DNA from: Patulibacter sp.
GTDB lineage: Bacteria > Actinomycetota > Thermoleophilia > Solirubrobacterales > Solirubrobacteraceae
Assembly (NCBI GenBank): GCA_031119595.1
Contig: JAVHXX010000005.1
Location: 1-27,016 of the forward strand
Reading direction: 5' to 3'
DNA: 27,016 bases
The stretch's first letter is position 1. Every line of letters starts with the position of its first letter. A model generated the notes under the pieces. That model was not told where the DNA came from, did no database searches, and was given only the letters and a program-made list of their open reading frames with translations. This document shows positions 1 to 8,897 of this stretch, piece after piece. Both the position numbers and the translations under genes were made by a program.

Positions 1-96
1 CGGGGTGGGGGCGGGCGCTTCGCGGGGGGGGGCCCCGTGAGGCTGGGGGGCCCCCGCGCGACGACCTTCGTGACACCCCTCGTCCAAAGGAACGCC

Positions 97-927
97 ATGT
101 CGCTCTTCCCGTCCCTCCGCCTCCAGCCCGTCAGCCCCGGCACCACCACCACCCGCCGCCGCGCGCGCCGCCTCGCGCGTCGCCGCGCGACCGCGACCGC
201 CGCGCTCGTCGCACTCCCGCTGGCGGCCACGGCGCTGTCGGGCTGCGGCGGCCCGGACGTCGCCTCCGGCAGCCCGCACTCCGGACCGCCCACCGATGCG
301 GCCGTGCTCGACGTGTCCGAGTCGGTCCGCGGGAGCGTGATGGCGAGCGTCTACGCCCCGGCCGCCACGGCCTTTGCCAAGGCGTCGCTCGACCGCGGCA
401 CGAAGCGCCTCTGCGTGGCCTACGGCGGCAAGGACGTGATCGCGGGCGCCGACAAGTGCATGGTGCTCGACGCCGGTGACGGTGGCCCGGCCGACGCCGC
501 CCGCGCTGCCCAGAGCCTGAAGGCCTTCGATGCGGGCATCGCCGCGATCGGAGCGCAGCGCAGCTCGCTCGCGGGTGGTTCCGCGATCCTCGAGATGATC
601 GCTGCGGTCGCGCCGACCCTGCACGCGGGGAGCCGCCTGCTCGTCGTCTCGGACATGGTCGAGAACAGCCCGGAGGTCGGCGATTTCGCCGCCGGCCGCC
701 TGCAGTTCGACGACCGGGGGCGGGCGCAGCTGCTCGCGCGCCTGCGCAAGCTCGCGCTGGTGCCGTCCCTGCACGGCGTGACGGTGATCGCGCCGTTCCC
801 GCTGATGCACGGCAACGTGCCCTCGAACCTCGACGCCCGCCGCCAGGCCGAGATCCGCGAGGTGTGGGAGGCCTGGGCGGCCGCCACGGGCGCCACGCTC
901 GTCTGGAACGGACAGCCGGATGCCTAG
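97..927 (+). CDS. Secreted lipoprotein with a vWA-like (MIDAS) domain
   Basis: ATG at 97 follows an AAAGGAA RBS (the ORF track starts at 37). Arg-rich N-terminus, then a hydrophobic stretch, then lipobox LSG-C. MIDAS-like VLDVSES (DxSxS) and a later LLVVSD strand are typical of vWA folds. Confidence 0.6.
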   Translation: MSLFPSLRLQPVSPGTTTTRRRARRLARRRATATAALVALPLAATALSGCGGPDVASGSPHSGPPTDAAVLDVSESVRGSVMASVYAPAATAFAKASLDRGTKRLCVAYGGKDVIAGADKCMVLDAGDGGPADAARAAQSLKAFDAGIAAIGAQRSSLAGGSAILEMIAAVAPTLHAGSRLLVVSDMVENSPEVGDFAAGRLQFDDRGRAQLLARLRKLALVPSLHGVTVIAPFPLMHGNVPSNLDARRQAEIREVWEAWAAATGATLVWNGQPDA

Positions 928-1711
928 CCGTGCAACGGCCGGGAGCGGGGTGGACGCCCTGCTCCCGGCCCGTCACCGGGGCTCGGATGACCCCACGACG
1001 GTGAAGCTCGCCCGGATCGAGCCGCTCACGCACGCGCTCGGCCCGGGTGCGCGCGTGGTCGGCTGGGTGCAGGGATGCGCGCTCGCCTGCGAGGGCTGCG
1101 TGGTCCCGGAATCGCATGCCACCGGTGGCGAGCCCTGGCCCGTGGACGAACTCGCGGCGCGCATCCTCGCGCTGCCGGGCGATCGCGACGGCCTCACGCT
1201 CTCGGGCGGCGAGCCGATGCTCCAGGCACCGGCCCTCCTCCAGCTCGTCCGGCGGCTGCGCGCGGAGCGCCCGACGTGGACGTTCATGAGCTATACGGGC
1301 TATCTGCGCAGCGTCCTCGAACGCCGCGGCTCGGAGGGTCAGCGGGCGCTCCTCGGCGAGCTCGACCTGCTCGTCGACGGGCCGTTCGTGGCGCGGCGCG
1401 CCGAGGGGACGACCCTGTGGCGTGGCAGCTCGAACCAGCGCATCCACGCCCTCACGCCGGCCGGCCGGCGCGCCTTGCAGGGCTACGACCTGGACCGCCC
1501 CGGCATCACCGAGTACGTGCTCGACGACGGCGCGCTGCGGTGGACCGGTATCCCGCCGGCGGGCTTCCGGACGGCGGAGACCGAGGTGCCGCGCGAGCGC
1601 GCCCTGACGTGGACGCAGGTCCGGGCGACGTCCGGGAAACGCGTCCGGCGGGAGCCGGACCACCGGGCGGCGACCGCGTCGCCCGACCACGACCACGAGG
1701 AGCAGGGCTGA
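920..1711 (+). CDS. NrdG/activase-like radical SAM protein (4Fe-4S single-cluster family)
   Basis: GPGARVVGWVQGCALACEGC (CxxxCxxC at 1076-1099), GLTLSGGEPMLQ, YTGY, LDLLVDGPF and WRGSSNQRIH are the NrdG-family signatures. Overlaps the upstream stop codon. Confidence 0.85.
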   Translation: MPSRATAGSGVDALLPARHRGSDDPTTVKLARIEPLTHALGPGARVVGWVQGCALACEGCVVPESHATGGEPWPVDELAARILALPGDRDGLTLSGGEPMLQAPALLQLVRRLRAERPTWTFMSYTGYLRSVLERRGSEGQRALLGELDLLVDGPFVARRAEGTTLWRGSSNQRIHALTPAGRRALQGYDLDRPGITEYVLDDGALRWTGIPPAGFRTAETEVPRERALTWTQVRATSGKRVRREPDHRAATASPDHDHEEQG

Positions 1712-2190
1712 TGTCCGGAGGAACGTACGAGATGCAGGTGGCCCCGCCGTGGGGCATGGCCCAGATCGCCGCGAGCGCGCGGCAGCTCGGGGGCGCCGTC
1801 GGTGACCAGCTCGGGTGCGGCCTGGTGGACGTCTTCATGACGGACCTCGGCGCATCTGCCCGCCTCGTCGGCGAGCCCACGATGCTCGGCATGGCCCACA
1901 GTCGCCTCGGCGGGCCGGTGACCGGCTTCACCCTCCAGACCGCCGGCGGGTTGCGCGTCGAGCTGGAGCTCGAGCAGCACCCGCAGGCCACGCACGAGAA
2001 GCAGGTCGCGGTCCGCGCGACGGTGGCGGCCGGCCAGGGCGCCGCCTGCCACGACGAAGCGCGGGAGATCATGGAGCTCTACGCCACGATCGGTGCGGCA
2101 GGATGGTCCTCGCGCGGGGCGCTGGTCGAGCATCCGCCCTCGGGCGCCGCCGCGCAGATGGCCCGGGGCGCGATGGAGCGCGGACGATGA
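1711..2190 (+). CDS. Hypothetical protein (159 aa)
   Basis: TGATG overlap with the upstream gene and ATGA overlap with the downstream gene. Normal amino-acid composition from M(SGGTYEMQ); the upstream part of ORF 1075..2190 is shadow frame. Confidence 0.75.
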   Translation: MSGGTYEMQVAPPWGMAQIAASARQLGGAVGDQLGCGLVDVFMTDLGASARLVGEPTMLGMAHSRLGGPVTGFTLQTAGGLRVELELEQHPQATHEKQVAVRATVAAGQGAACHDEAREIMELYATIGAAGWSSRGALVEHPPSGAAAQMARGAMERGR

Positions 2191-4001
2191 CCAGCGTCGC
2201 GAGGGCCGCGACCACCGCGACCACGAGCGAGGGCGTCCGCGACCTGCTCGGGGCACTCGGGCTCTCCCGTCCCGTGATCGTCGAGGCCCCCGCCGACACG
2301 ATCCTGCTCGGCGGCGATCCGCTCGAGCTCCCGCAGGCGGTCGCCGGGTGGTGGCTCGAGGTCGCCCGTGCCGCCGGTGCGGCGCCGGTCGCGCTGCGCT
2401 GGACGGCGGCGCTGCCGGTGGCCGTCGAGGCGGGGACGGAGCAGGAGGTCGCAGCCGTGCTCGGCGGCGACGACCTCGATCGGTCCGCCGCGCTCGCCGC
2501 CCGCGACCCGCAGGCGGTGCTGCTGGCCTGCACCAGGGCCTTCTCGCAGGTCGAGCGCCCGGTGCTCGTCGTGATCGAGTCGGCCGATCTCCACCTGACG
2601 GACTCGACGGACCCGATTGCGCGCCAGCAGCTCGCCCCGGCGATCGCGATGCTCGACGCCTTCGCCCGCCACGGGCGCGCCGGTCACCACGCGCTCGTGC
2701 TGACGACGGCCGCGGCGACCCGACTGCCCGGGGCGATCCGGGCCTACCCCGGGATGCACACGGCGCACCTCGGCGGGCCCGACGAGGCCGAGCGGATCGC
2801 GCTCGCGGATGACGCCTTTCCCGAGTGTTCCGCGGACGTCCGCCGCGCCTACGCGGCGCGGACCGTCGGCCTCGCGCGGCGGGACTTCCCGCTGCTGCGC
2901 GCCCACGCGGAGCGATTCGGGCTGCCGCTCGACGACCCCGCCGGTGTGGTTCGCTCGTACCGGTACGGCACGCGCCGCGACGCCTGGCGCGGCGCTCGCG
3001 CCCGGCGCGACGAGATCCATGCGGAGGTCCGCCGGCACGTGTTCGGGCAGGACGCGGCGGTGACCGCGGTCCTCGACGAGCTCGACCAGGCGATCCTCGG
3101 CCTGAACTCCGACCCGTACGACCTCGCGGGCGGCCTGCGCGGCGGCCCGATGCTGTTCCTCGGGCCCACCGGCACCGGCAAGACCGAGCTCGCGAAGGCG
3201 GTGACCCGGGCCCTGTTCGGGACGCCCGACGCGATGATCCGCATCTCGATGGAGGGCTACGCGCAGGCCCACTCGGCGGAGCGGCTCACCGGGGCGCCGC
3301 CCGGCTACGTCGGCCACGGCGAGGAGAACCAGCTCGTGACGCCGCTCGTGCGCAATCCGCAGCAGGTCGTGCTCTTCGACGAGGCCGAGAAGGCGCCGGC
3401 GGTCCTGAAGACCGTGCTCGCCCCGCTCGACGACGGCACGCTCACCGACGGCCGTGGACAGACCGCCCGCTTCGGCGAGGCGATCGTGATCCTGACGAGC
3501 AACCTCGGCTCCGCCGTCGTCGCGGACCAGCTCGCGAGTGGCGCCATCCCCGACACGCCCGACGGCATCCGCGACGCCTATCTGGAGATCGCCGAGGCCC
3601 TCGTGTCCCAGACGCATGTGCGCCTCCCGAACGGCCAGACGGTCGAGGGGATGGGCATGCCCGAGCTGTGGTTCCGGCTCGCGCGGCGGGCGGTCGTGTT
3701 CGACCGTCTCCGGCCCGAGGTCCTCCGCACGCTCGTCGGCAAGGAGGTGTCCGTGCTGCGTTCGCGGCTCGAGGCGCGTGAGGGCATCGAGCTCGTCGTC
3801 GACGTCGGGGATCTCACCGCGTCGATCCAGCCGCTGATCACCGAGAAGGGCACGCTCAACGGTCGCCTCGTGAACGGTGCGGTCCGCGACGTGCTGACCG
3901 GACCGCTCGCGGCGCGCATCCTCTCCGCGGACATCGCCCCGCGGCGTGTCGAGGCGACGCCCCGGGCCGGTGGCGTCGTCGACCTGCGGCTCGTGCCCTG
4001 A
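2187..4001 (+). CDS. ClpA/ClpB-D2-like AAA+ ATPase with a degenerate N-terminal AAA module
   Basis: Walker A GPTGTGKT (about 3162-3185), RISMEGY, LTGAPPGYVG pore loop, Walker B VVLFDEAEKA and LDDGTLTDGRG...IVILTSNLGS. The N-terminal half has a Walker-B-like VLVVIESAD but no Walker A. Start at the ATGA overlap. Confidence 0.9.
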   Translation: MTSVARAATTATTSEGVRDLLGALGLSRPVIVEAPADTILLGGDPLELPQAVAGWWLEVARAAGAAPVALRWTAALPVAVEAGTEQEVAAVLGGDDLDRSAALAARDPQAVLLACTRAFSQVERPVLVVIESADLHLTDSTDPIARQQLAPAIAMLDAFARHGRAGHHALVLTTAAATRLPGAIRAYPGMHTAHLGGPDEAERIALADDAFPECSADVRRAYAARTVGLARRDFPLLRAHAERFGLPLDDPAGVVRSYRYGTRRDAWRGARARRDEIHAEVRRHVFGQDAAVTAVLDELDQAILGLNSDPYDLAGGLRGGPMLFLGPTGTGKTELAKAVTRALFGTPDAMIRISMEGYAQAHSAERLTGAPPGYVGHGEENQLVTPLVRNPQQVVLFDEAEKAPAVLKTVLAPLDDGTLTDGRGQTARFGEAIVILTSNLGSAVVADQLASGAIPDTPDGIRDAYLEIAEALVSQTHVRLPNGQTVEGMGMPELWFRLARRAVVFDRLRPEVLRTLVGKEVSVLRSRLEAREGIELVVDVGDLTASIQPLITEKGTLNGRLVNGAVRDVLTGPLAARILSADIAPRRVEATPRAGGVVDLRLVP

Positions 4002-4031
4002 CGGTCACGCGGTCCGAGGCGACGACACCAC

Positions 4032-5582
4032 ATGAAGCCCGTCCTGGATCTGGAAGCCCACGATCGCTCACCGCTGGCCCGCGCCGCGGTGGCGGTCGGT
4101 CACGCGGTCCGGCGACCGACGATCGGCGATGACGCCCGCCGCCTCGGCGCGTACCTCGCCGCCGAGGACTCGGCGATGGTGCGCGGAACGGGGACGCCGG
4201 TCGCGGGTGCCACGGTGGTGTGCAGCCAACACGAGCTCCGCCTCCTGCGCGAGGTGGGAAAGCCCCTCGAGGTGATCCCCGACGCCGCGCGGCGCGTGCG
4301 CGAGGAGCAGGGACGGCTCCAGCCCGTCGTCGCCGAGCTCGCCGACGCCGATGCCGAGCGCACCGGCACGCAGGCCGCGGTGTCGGAGCACCGCGACGCC
4401 GAGCCACAGCGGCACGTCCATCCGCGGTCGCGGTGGGCGTTCCGTCTGCTCGTCCTCGCGCTCCTCGCGGCGATCGGCTTCTTCGAGGCCGTGGTGTTCC
4501 GGTCGTCGATGGAGCTGATGCTCGAGGGCGCGGTCCCGGCGGACCTGCTCAAACCCCTGTCGATCGGCGCGGCCGTGGTGCCGGCGCTCGCCTCGGCTGC
4601 GGTCCTCTGGGCGATCGTCGAGATGCGGCCGCGGATGGCGACCCGCTGGCAGTCGGCCCTCGCCGTGGCCCTCGCGATGCTGCCGCTCGTGGCCGTCGTG
4701 ATGGTGGCGACCCACGCCCGCAACCGCAACGCCCAGGTCGTCGCGGAGATGGCCCAGGCGAGCTCGCTCGACGACGCGACGCCGTCCACGCCGGCCGGTG
4801 GCCTGTTCGGCGCCGCGACCACCACGTCCACTGCGGCGCCGCTGCCCGGTGCCACCGATCCCACGGCGACCGGCGACGACATCGACGCCATCATGCGCCG
4901 CGCCGACTACACCCCGCTCCTGCTCGTGAACCTGCTGGGCCTCGCGGCCCTCGTCGGCGCCCACGTCGCCCGGCAGCGGGCGGAGGAGCGCGACGCCGAG
5001 CACCGCGCCTGGCGCCACCGCTCGGCCACGGTCGAGCGTGCCGCCACCACGGCGACGAAGCGCCATGCCACCGCCACCGAAGAGCACCGCCGGATCCAGG
5101 CCGCCATCGAGCGCGCCCAGGCCGACTACCACCAGGCCGCCCTCACCGTCCGCGGCGCCGTCGACCGCATGGCCACGGCCGTCGCGGGCGACCTCGACCT
5201 CGTCCGGACCAGCTACCGCCACGCCTGCGCCCGCAACCAGACCACCCCGGTCGACCTCCCCATGCCCGCGCCGGTCGACCGCGAGGCGGTGCTCACCGGC
5301 CTGCTCGAGGGCGCGCTGCCGGGAGCCGGGCGGGGCGGGTCGGTGGCGGGGCCGGAGGGTGACGGCGGGGACCTCGGGGGTGCCGGCACACCGGTGTCGG
5401 ACCCGATGCCGCCGACGCCGTCCGGTCCTGCCGCGCCGGTGCACCCGGTCACCCCCGCACCGCCGACCGGGCCCGAGACCGTGGATGGCGACGTCGAGCG
5501 GTCCGCCGACACGCCCGCGACGGGCGGCGGTGCCGTGCGCTGGGAGCAGTCGCTCACGAGCGCCCTGGACGCTCTCGCATGA
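4032..5582 (+). CDS. Membrane protein (about 4 TM helices) with coiled-coil segments and a Pro/Gly-rich C-terminal tail
   Basis: Hydrophobic segments AFRLLVLALLAAIGFFEAVVF, LSIGAAVVPALASAAVLWAIV, ALAVALAMLPLVAVVMVA and PLLLVNLLGLAALVGAHVA. Helical Ala/Arg/Glu-rich stretches flank them. Confidence 0.75.
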   Translation: MKPVLDLEAHDRSPLARAAVAVGHAVRRPTIGDDARRLGAYLAAEDSAMVRGTGTPVAGATVVCSQHELRLLREVGKPLEVIPDAARRVREEQGRLQPVVAELADADAERTGTQAAVSEHRDAEPQRHVHPRSRWAFRLLVLALLAAIGFFEAVVFRSSMELMLEGAVPADLLKPLSIGAAVVPALASAAVLWAIVEMRPRMATRWQSALAVALAMLPLVAVVMVATHARNRNAQVVAEMAQASSLDDATPSTPAGGLFGAATTTSTAAPLPGATDPTATGDDIDAIMRRADYTPLLLVNLLGLAALVGAHVARQRAEERDAEHRAWRHRSATVERAATTATKRHATATEEHRRIQAAIERAQADYHQAALTVRGAVDRMATAVAGDLDLVRTSYRHACARNQTTPVDLPMPAPVDREAVLTGLLEGALPGAGRGGSVAGPEGDGGDLGGAGTPVSDPMPPTPSGPAAPVHPVTPAPPTGPETVDGDVERSADTPATGGGAVRWEQSLTSALDALA

Positions 5583-5602
5583 CGCGCCCGCGCGCGGTGC
5601 GG

Positions 5603-6241
5603 TCAGGCGGTCTCGTCGGGGCGGTGCCACACGACGAGGTCGTCGACGTACTCCTTGGGCGGCACGCCGCCGTCGGCGTAGCCGAGACACAGGACGCCGG
5701 CGAAGTCGTTGTCGGTGCCGAGGGTGGAGCGGATCTCGTCCTCGGCGATGAGTGGATCGCCCATGAAGACGCCGTGGAGGCCGTGGTGTTCGGCGGCGAG
5801 CCACATCGTCTGGATGCAGGCGCCGAGGCCGATCATCTCGAAGCCGTAGCCGACGAGCGCGGAGCGGAGGACGTCGCCGGTGGCGGCCGCGACGGTCGTA
5901 CGGCCGCTGCTGAACTCGCCGCGGTTCTCGATGAAGATCGCGAGGGGAACGTGCCCCAGGACGTGGGCGGATTCGGCGACGGTCGAGGTCCAGCGGCGAG
6001 GCTCTCCGGTCGCGGGATCGAGTGGGACGTACCGGGCGGCGTTCTTCGCCTGCTCGACGGTGCGGGCGAGATGGCCGAGGATCGCCCGGTCGGTGACGAC
6101 GTGCAGCCGCCACGGTTGGGCGTTCTTCGACGACGGTGCCGCGAGACCGCAGCTGACGATCGAGCGGACGACCTCCTCCGGGACGGCACGCTCCGCGAAC
6201 GCCTCGCGCACGCTCCGTCGGCCCAGGATCGTCTCGATCAT
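5603..6241 (-). CDS. Nitroreductase family (FMN-binding) protein
   Basis: ILGRRSVR, APSSKNAQPWRLHVV, IGLGACIQTMWLAAEHHGLHG and LCLGY are nitroreductase signatures. ATG at 6241 lies 7 nt downstream of a TACAGT -10 box. Confidence 0.9.
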   Translation of the reverse strand: MIETILGRRSVREAFAERAVPEEVVRSIVSCGLAAPSSKNAQPWRLHVVTDRAILGHLARTVEQAKNAARYVPLDPATGEPRRWTSTVAESAHVLGHVPLAIFIENRGEFSSGRTTVAAATGDVLRSALVGYGFEMIGLGACIQTMWLAAEHHGLHGVFMGDPLIAEDEIRSTLGTDNDFAGVLCLGYADGGVPPKEYVDDLVVWHRPDETA

Positions 6242-6248
6242 GCGCGGC

Positions 6249-6254
6249 ACTGTA
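6249..6254 (-). promoter_or_regulatory. -10 element (TACAGT) of a leaderless promoter for the nitroreductase
   Basis: TANNNT hexamer exactly 7 nt before the ATG at 6241; no SD sequence. Confidence 0.55.
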
Positions 6255-6348
6255 TCGACGGCCCGCCCGAGGCCGGAAGACACCACGGCGCGTGTGCTCT
6301 CGGAACGTCCTTGCCACACGGCCCTTTCCGTGGCGCCAACCCCTGCTC

Positions 6349-6354
6349 TAGCAT
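6349..6354 (+). promoter_or_regulatory. -10 element (TAGCAT) of a leaderless promoter for the 6362-15781 operon
   Basis: TANNNT hexamer exactly 7 nt before the GTG at 6362; divergent from the nitroreductase promoter. Confidence 0.55.
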
Positions 6355-6361
6355 GGCGCCG

Positions 6362-7027
6362 GTGAGCAGCCCGACCCCCGAGCGATCGAAGCGTCGGCGA
6401 GAGATCCCGGGTGAGTCGCTGGGCGACGTCTGGTTCGTGCACTGGGTCGCGGCACAGGCGTACGACGACGCCCGGGCGCCGGGTACCCAGAACCTGATGC
6501 GCCACGACGCCAACGGACCAAACCCGACCGAGCACCCCTCTGAGGCGCCCCACCCGAACATCGTGATGGTGCCTCTGCTCGGAGGAACCGCCGCCGCCCA
6601 GGTGGTCGACACGGTCCAGGGGAAGTCGACCTCGCCGCGATTCGGCGACAACGCGGACTACACGGAGGACCACCGACGGTTCCTGCTGCAGGTTCCGCAG
6701 AACGTCGGCGGCCTGAACAAGAAGGTCACGAACTTCTTCTTCCACGAGGCGTATTACCAGTCCGACGTCGCGCTCTCGACGCTCTCGTACCGCGATCCCG
6801 ACACCGGCAAGGGCGGCTTCTGCACGGGCAACGTCATCCGTCGCAAGGAACTTCGCGATGGCGATCGGCGCCCGGTCGACGCCGAGACGGTGTCATGGCC
6901 GTGGCTCGACCGCATCGTGCACGTGCTCGAGGACCTCGATGCCCGTGACGGTTGGTCGCCGCCCTACGCGCTGCCGATCTGGTCGGCGAAGCGAGCACAA
7001 CTCCGTGAACACGCCGATGCCGCCTGA
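6362..7027 (+). CDS. Hypothetical protein (about 221 aa), first gene of the plus-strand operon
   Basis: Protein-like composition rich in aromatic and polar residues (DVWFVHWV, TNFFFHEAYYQ). The upstream part of ORF 5579..7027 is antisense to the nitroreductase. The alternative start is ATG 6353. Confidence 0.75.
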   Translation: MSSPTPERSKRRREIPGESLGDVWFVHWVAAQAYDDARAPGTQNLMRHDANGPNPTEHPSEAPHPNIVMVPLLGGTAAAQVVDTVQGKSTSPRFGDNADYTEDHRRFLLQVPQNVGGLNKKVTNFFFHEAYYQSDVALSTLSYRDPDTGKGGFCTGNVIRRKELRDGDRRPVDAETVSWPWLDRIVHVLEDLDARDGWSPPYALPIWSAKRAQLREHADAA

Positions 7028-8897
7028 CGCCCCGCGCCCGCGGCGCGGCGAGGTCTGGCGTCTGCGAAGCGGTGACGATCTCGCTCCGCTGACCGTGCTG
7101 ATCACGAACGACGGCACCGAGGAATACCTCGACCTGTGGTTCTCGGCGCGTGTCGTCGATGGCTCGGCGAGCGAGGCCACGGTCGACCAGATCACGCTCG
7201 GTCGCGACGACCACGATGCGACCTCGCTCGGCGACCTGCTCCGTGTCCTCGCCGACGTGCGCGTGCTCGTCCCGTCGGCGGCGCTCGGCGAGCGTGTCGG
7301 TTCGGTCACCGATGCCGGCCGTCTCCGCTTGACGCGCCTCGAGCTGCGACAGCTGCCGGCCGACGCCTACGGCACCGCCGAACGTGTCCGTCCGACGACG
7401 GATCTCGCCACGGCCGTCGCCCACCTCGTGGCGCTGCGCCGTGCAGCCATCGCGGAAGCGGTCCGCTCTCCGGACGGCGACCAGGAGGGCCTCGAGTACT
7501 TCCACGAACAGCACATCGTCGGTGCGTGGCCGCGCCGGGTCGCGATCGCGCGCGGCCTCGTGGCCGTCGTCGACCTCGTCGCCGGGGACGTGCCGCCCGC
7601 GTTGATCGTGCACACGCCGACGCCCGGACTCGCCGCCGTCGCCGAGGTGCTGGCCGCCGCGGATGCGACCGCCGCGCACGATGCACTCCGCCGACTCGTC
7701 GCCGCCGAGGTCCGGGTGTCCGCCCGCCCGCACGGGCTGTGGGTGCTCGACGCCGCCGTCGCCGCCGACGACCTCCTCCGCTGGATCGACGCCTACGTCG
7801 AAACCCTCCCGGCCGATGCCGGGCTGCGTGCGCTCGCGCTGCGCCGAGCCGAGCAGGCAGCAGCCCGCATCGCGCGGCTCCCGTACGACGTCCTCCGGCT
7901 CGCCGGCGACCACGACGGGCGCCCGATCACCGTGGTGATCGGAGAGGCGATGGCGCCGCTCGTCGACCGCCTCGCGGCCGCCGGTCTCCCGACGGAGGCC
8001 TACGCCACCTGGAGCGGCCGGGCCGTCGAGGGTGTCGCCGCCGCCGTCGCACAGATGGATCGCGAGCTCGACGAGGTCTTCTCGCTCAGGACGGCGTTCG
8101 CCCACCTCGGCTCGACCGATGCGGTCGCCGACGCCGAGTTGCCGTCGGTGGTGATCGTCGACGGTGAGCTGCTCGAGGCCGAGGTCCTCACGGGCGCGCC
8201 GCCGGAACTCACCGAGAGCGTTGCGACCGGGGGCCTCCCCGAGGGGCATCAGCGCATCCACGTGTCGCTGGCGATCCGAGACGTCATCGCCGACGCCTAT
8301 GACGACGCCACCGGCGCCGTGATCGGCGGAGCGCTCGGGCGACCGGAGTTGCTCGGCAACGTCTGGGTCGAGGCGCTCGACGGCGCCACCGGCGACGCGC
8401 TCGATCTCTCGAGGCTGCTCGTCTCGACCGCCGGACGCACCCTCCAGGGCGTCGTCGTCGCGCCGACCGACACGCGCTGTGCGATCCAGGTGACGCTCCG
8501 CCCCACTCGCGTCGTGGACATCGAGCGGCTCCTCGCGCGAACCCTGGCCACCTCTGCGCACGTCCGGCCGGCGGCGGCCGCACAGCTCGGCATCCTCGGC
8601 GCGTTCCTCGCCGATCCGGATGCCTCGGTGCCCGACCCGACGGATCGCCGCCATGAGTTCGCCGTTGCCGACGGTCGGCGCGCCGTGGCGCTGCAGCAGG
8701 CGCTGGCCCCCGGCGACCCTGCGGAACAGCAGGTCGGTGGAGACCTGCCGCAGGGCGTCGTCGGCACCCTCGCCGACCGGCTCATCGCCGCCGCCATGGA
8801 CCACCGGGCGCTCTTGCGCGGCCTCGAGCGCGAGGGCCACGGCCGCAGCGCCCGGGCGCGACGCAACCGCGAGACCCTCGACGACCTCCTCGCGTGA
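7017..8897 (+). CDS. Large protein with an N-terminal PemK/MazF-like domain and an unknown C-terminal region
   Basis: PRRGEVW...TVLITND...VLADVRVLVPSAALGERVGSVT matches the PemK-fold pattern (RGEVW / VLVVSND / DQIRTIDKSRLGERIG). Overlaps the upstream stop codon (alternative start GTG 7005) and has a GTGA overlap with the next gene. Confidence 0.6.
   Translation: MPPDAPRPRRGEVWRLRSGDDLAPLTVLITNDGTEEYLDLWFSARVVDGSASEATVDQITLGRDDHDATSLGDLLRVLADVRVLVPSAALGERVGSVTDAGRLRLTRLELRQLPADAYGTAERVRPTTDLATAVAHLVALRRAAIAEAVRSPDGDQEGLEYFHEQHIVGAWPRRVAIARGLVAVVDLVAGDVPPALIVHTPTPGLAAVAEVLAAADATAAHDALRRLVAAEVRVSARPHGLWVLDAAVAADDLLRWIDAYVETLPADAGLRALALRRAEQAAARIARLPYDVLRLAGDHDGRPITVVIGEAMAPLVDRLAAAGLPTEAYATWSGRAVEGVAAAVAQMDRELDEVFSLRTAFAHLGSTDAVADAELPSVVIVDGELLEAEVLTGAPPELTESVATGGLPEGHQRIHVSLAIRDVIADAYDDATGAVIGGALGRPELLGNVWVEALDGATGDALDLSRLLVSTAGRTLQGVVVAPTDTRCAIQVTLRPTRVVDIERLLARTLATSAHVRPAAAAQLGILGAFLADPDASVPDPTDRRHEFAVADGRRAVALQQALAPGDPAEQQVGGDLPQGVVGTLADRLIAAAMDHRALLRGLEREGHGRSARARRNRETLDDLLA

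Noticed and set aside
1-60. G-run-rich stretch with G-quadruplex or hairpin potential
   Set aside because: It sits at the window edge without upstream context and is compatible with an ordinary GC-rich intergenic or terminator sequence.
920-1711. Calling this gene nrdG (class III RNR activase)
   Set aside because: The family motifs match, but there is no nrdD in the window and the context is an AAA+/vWA operon.
2187-4001. Calling this gene clpB/clpC
   Set aside because: It has no Clp N-domain, no intact first AAA module and no middle domain.
5579-6361. N-terminal extension of ORF 5579..7027
   Set aside because: It is the antisense frame of the nitroreductase. The -10 box at 6349 supports a start at 6362.
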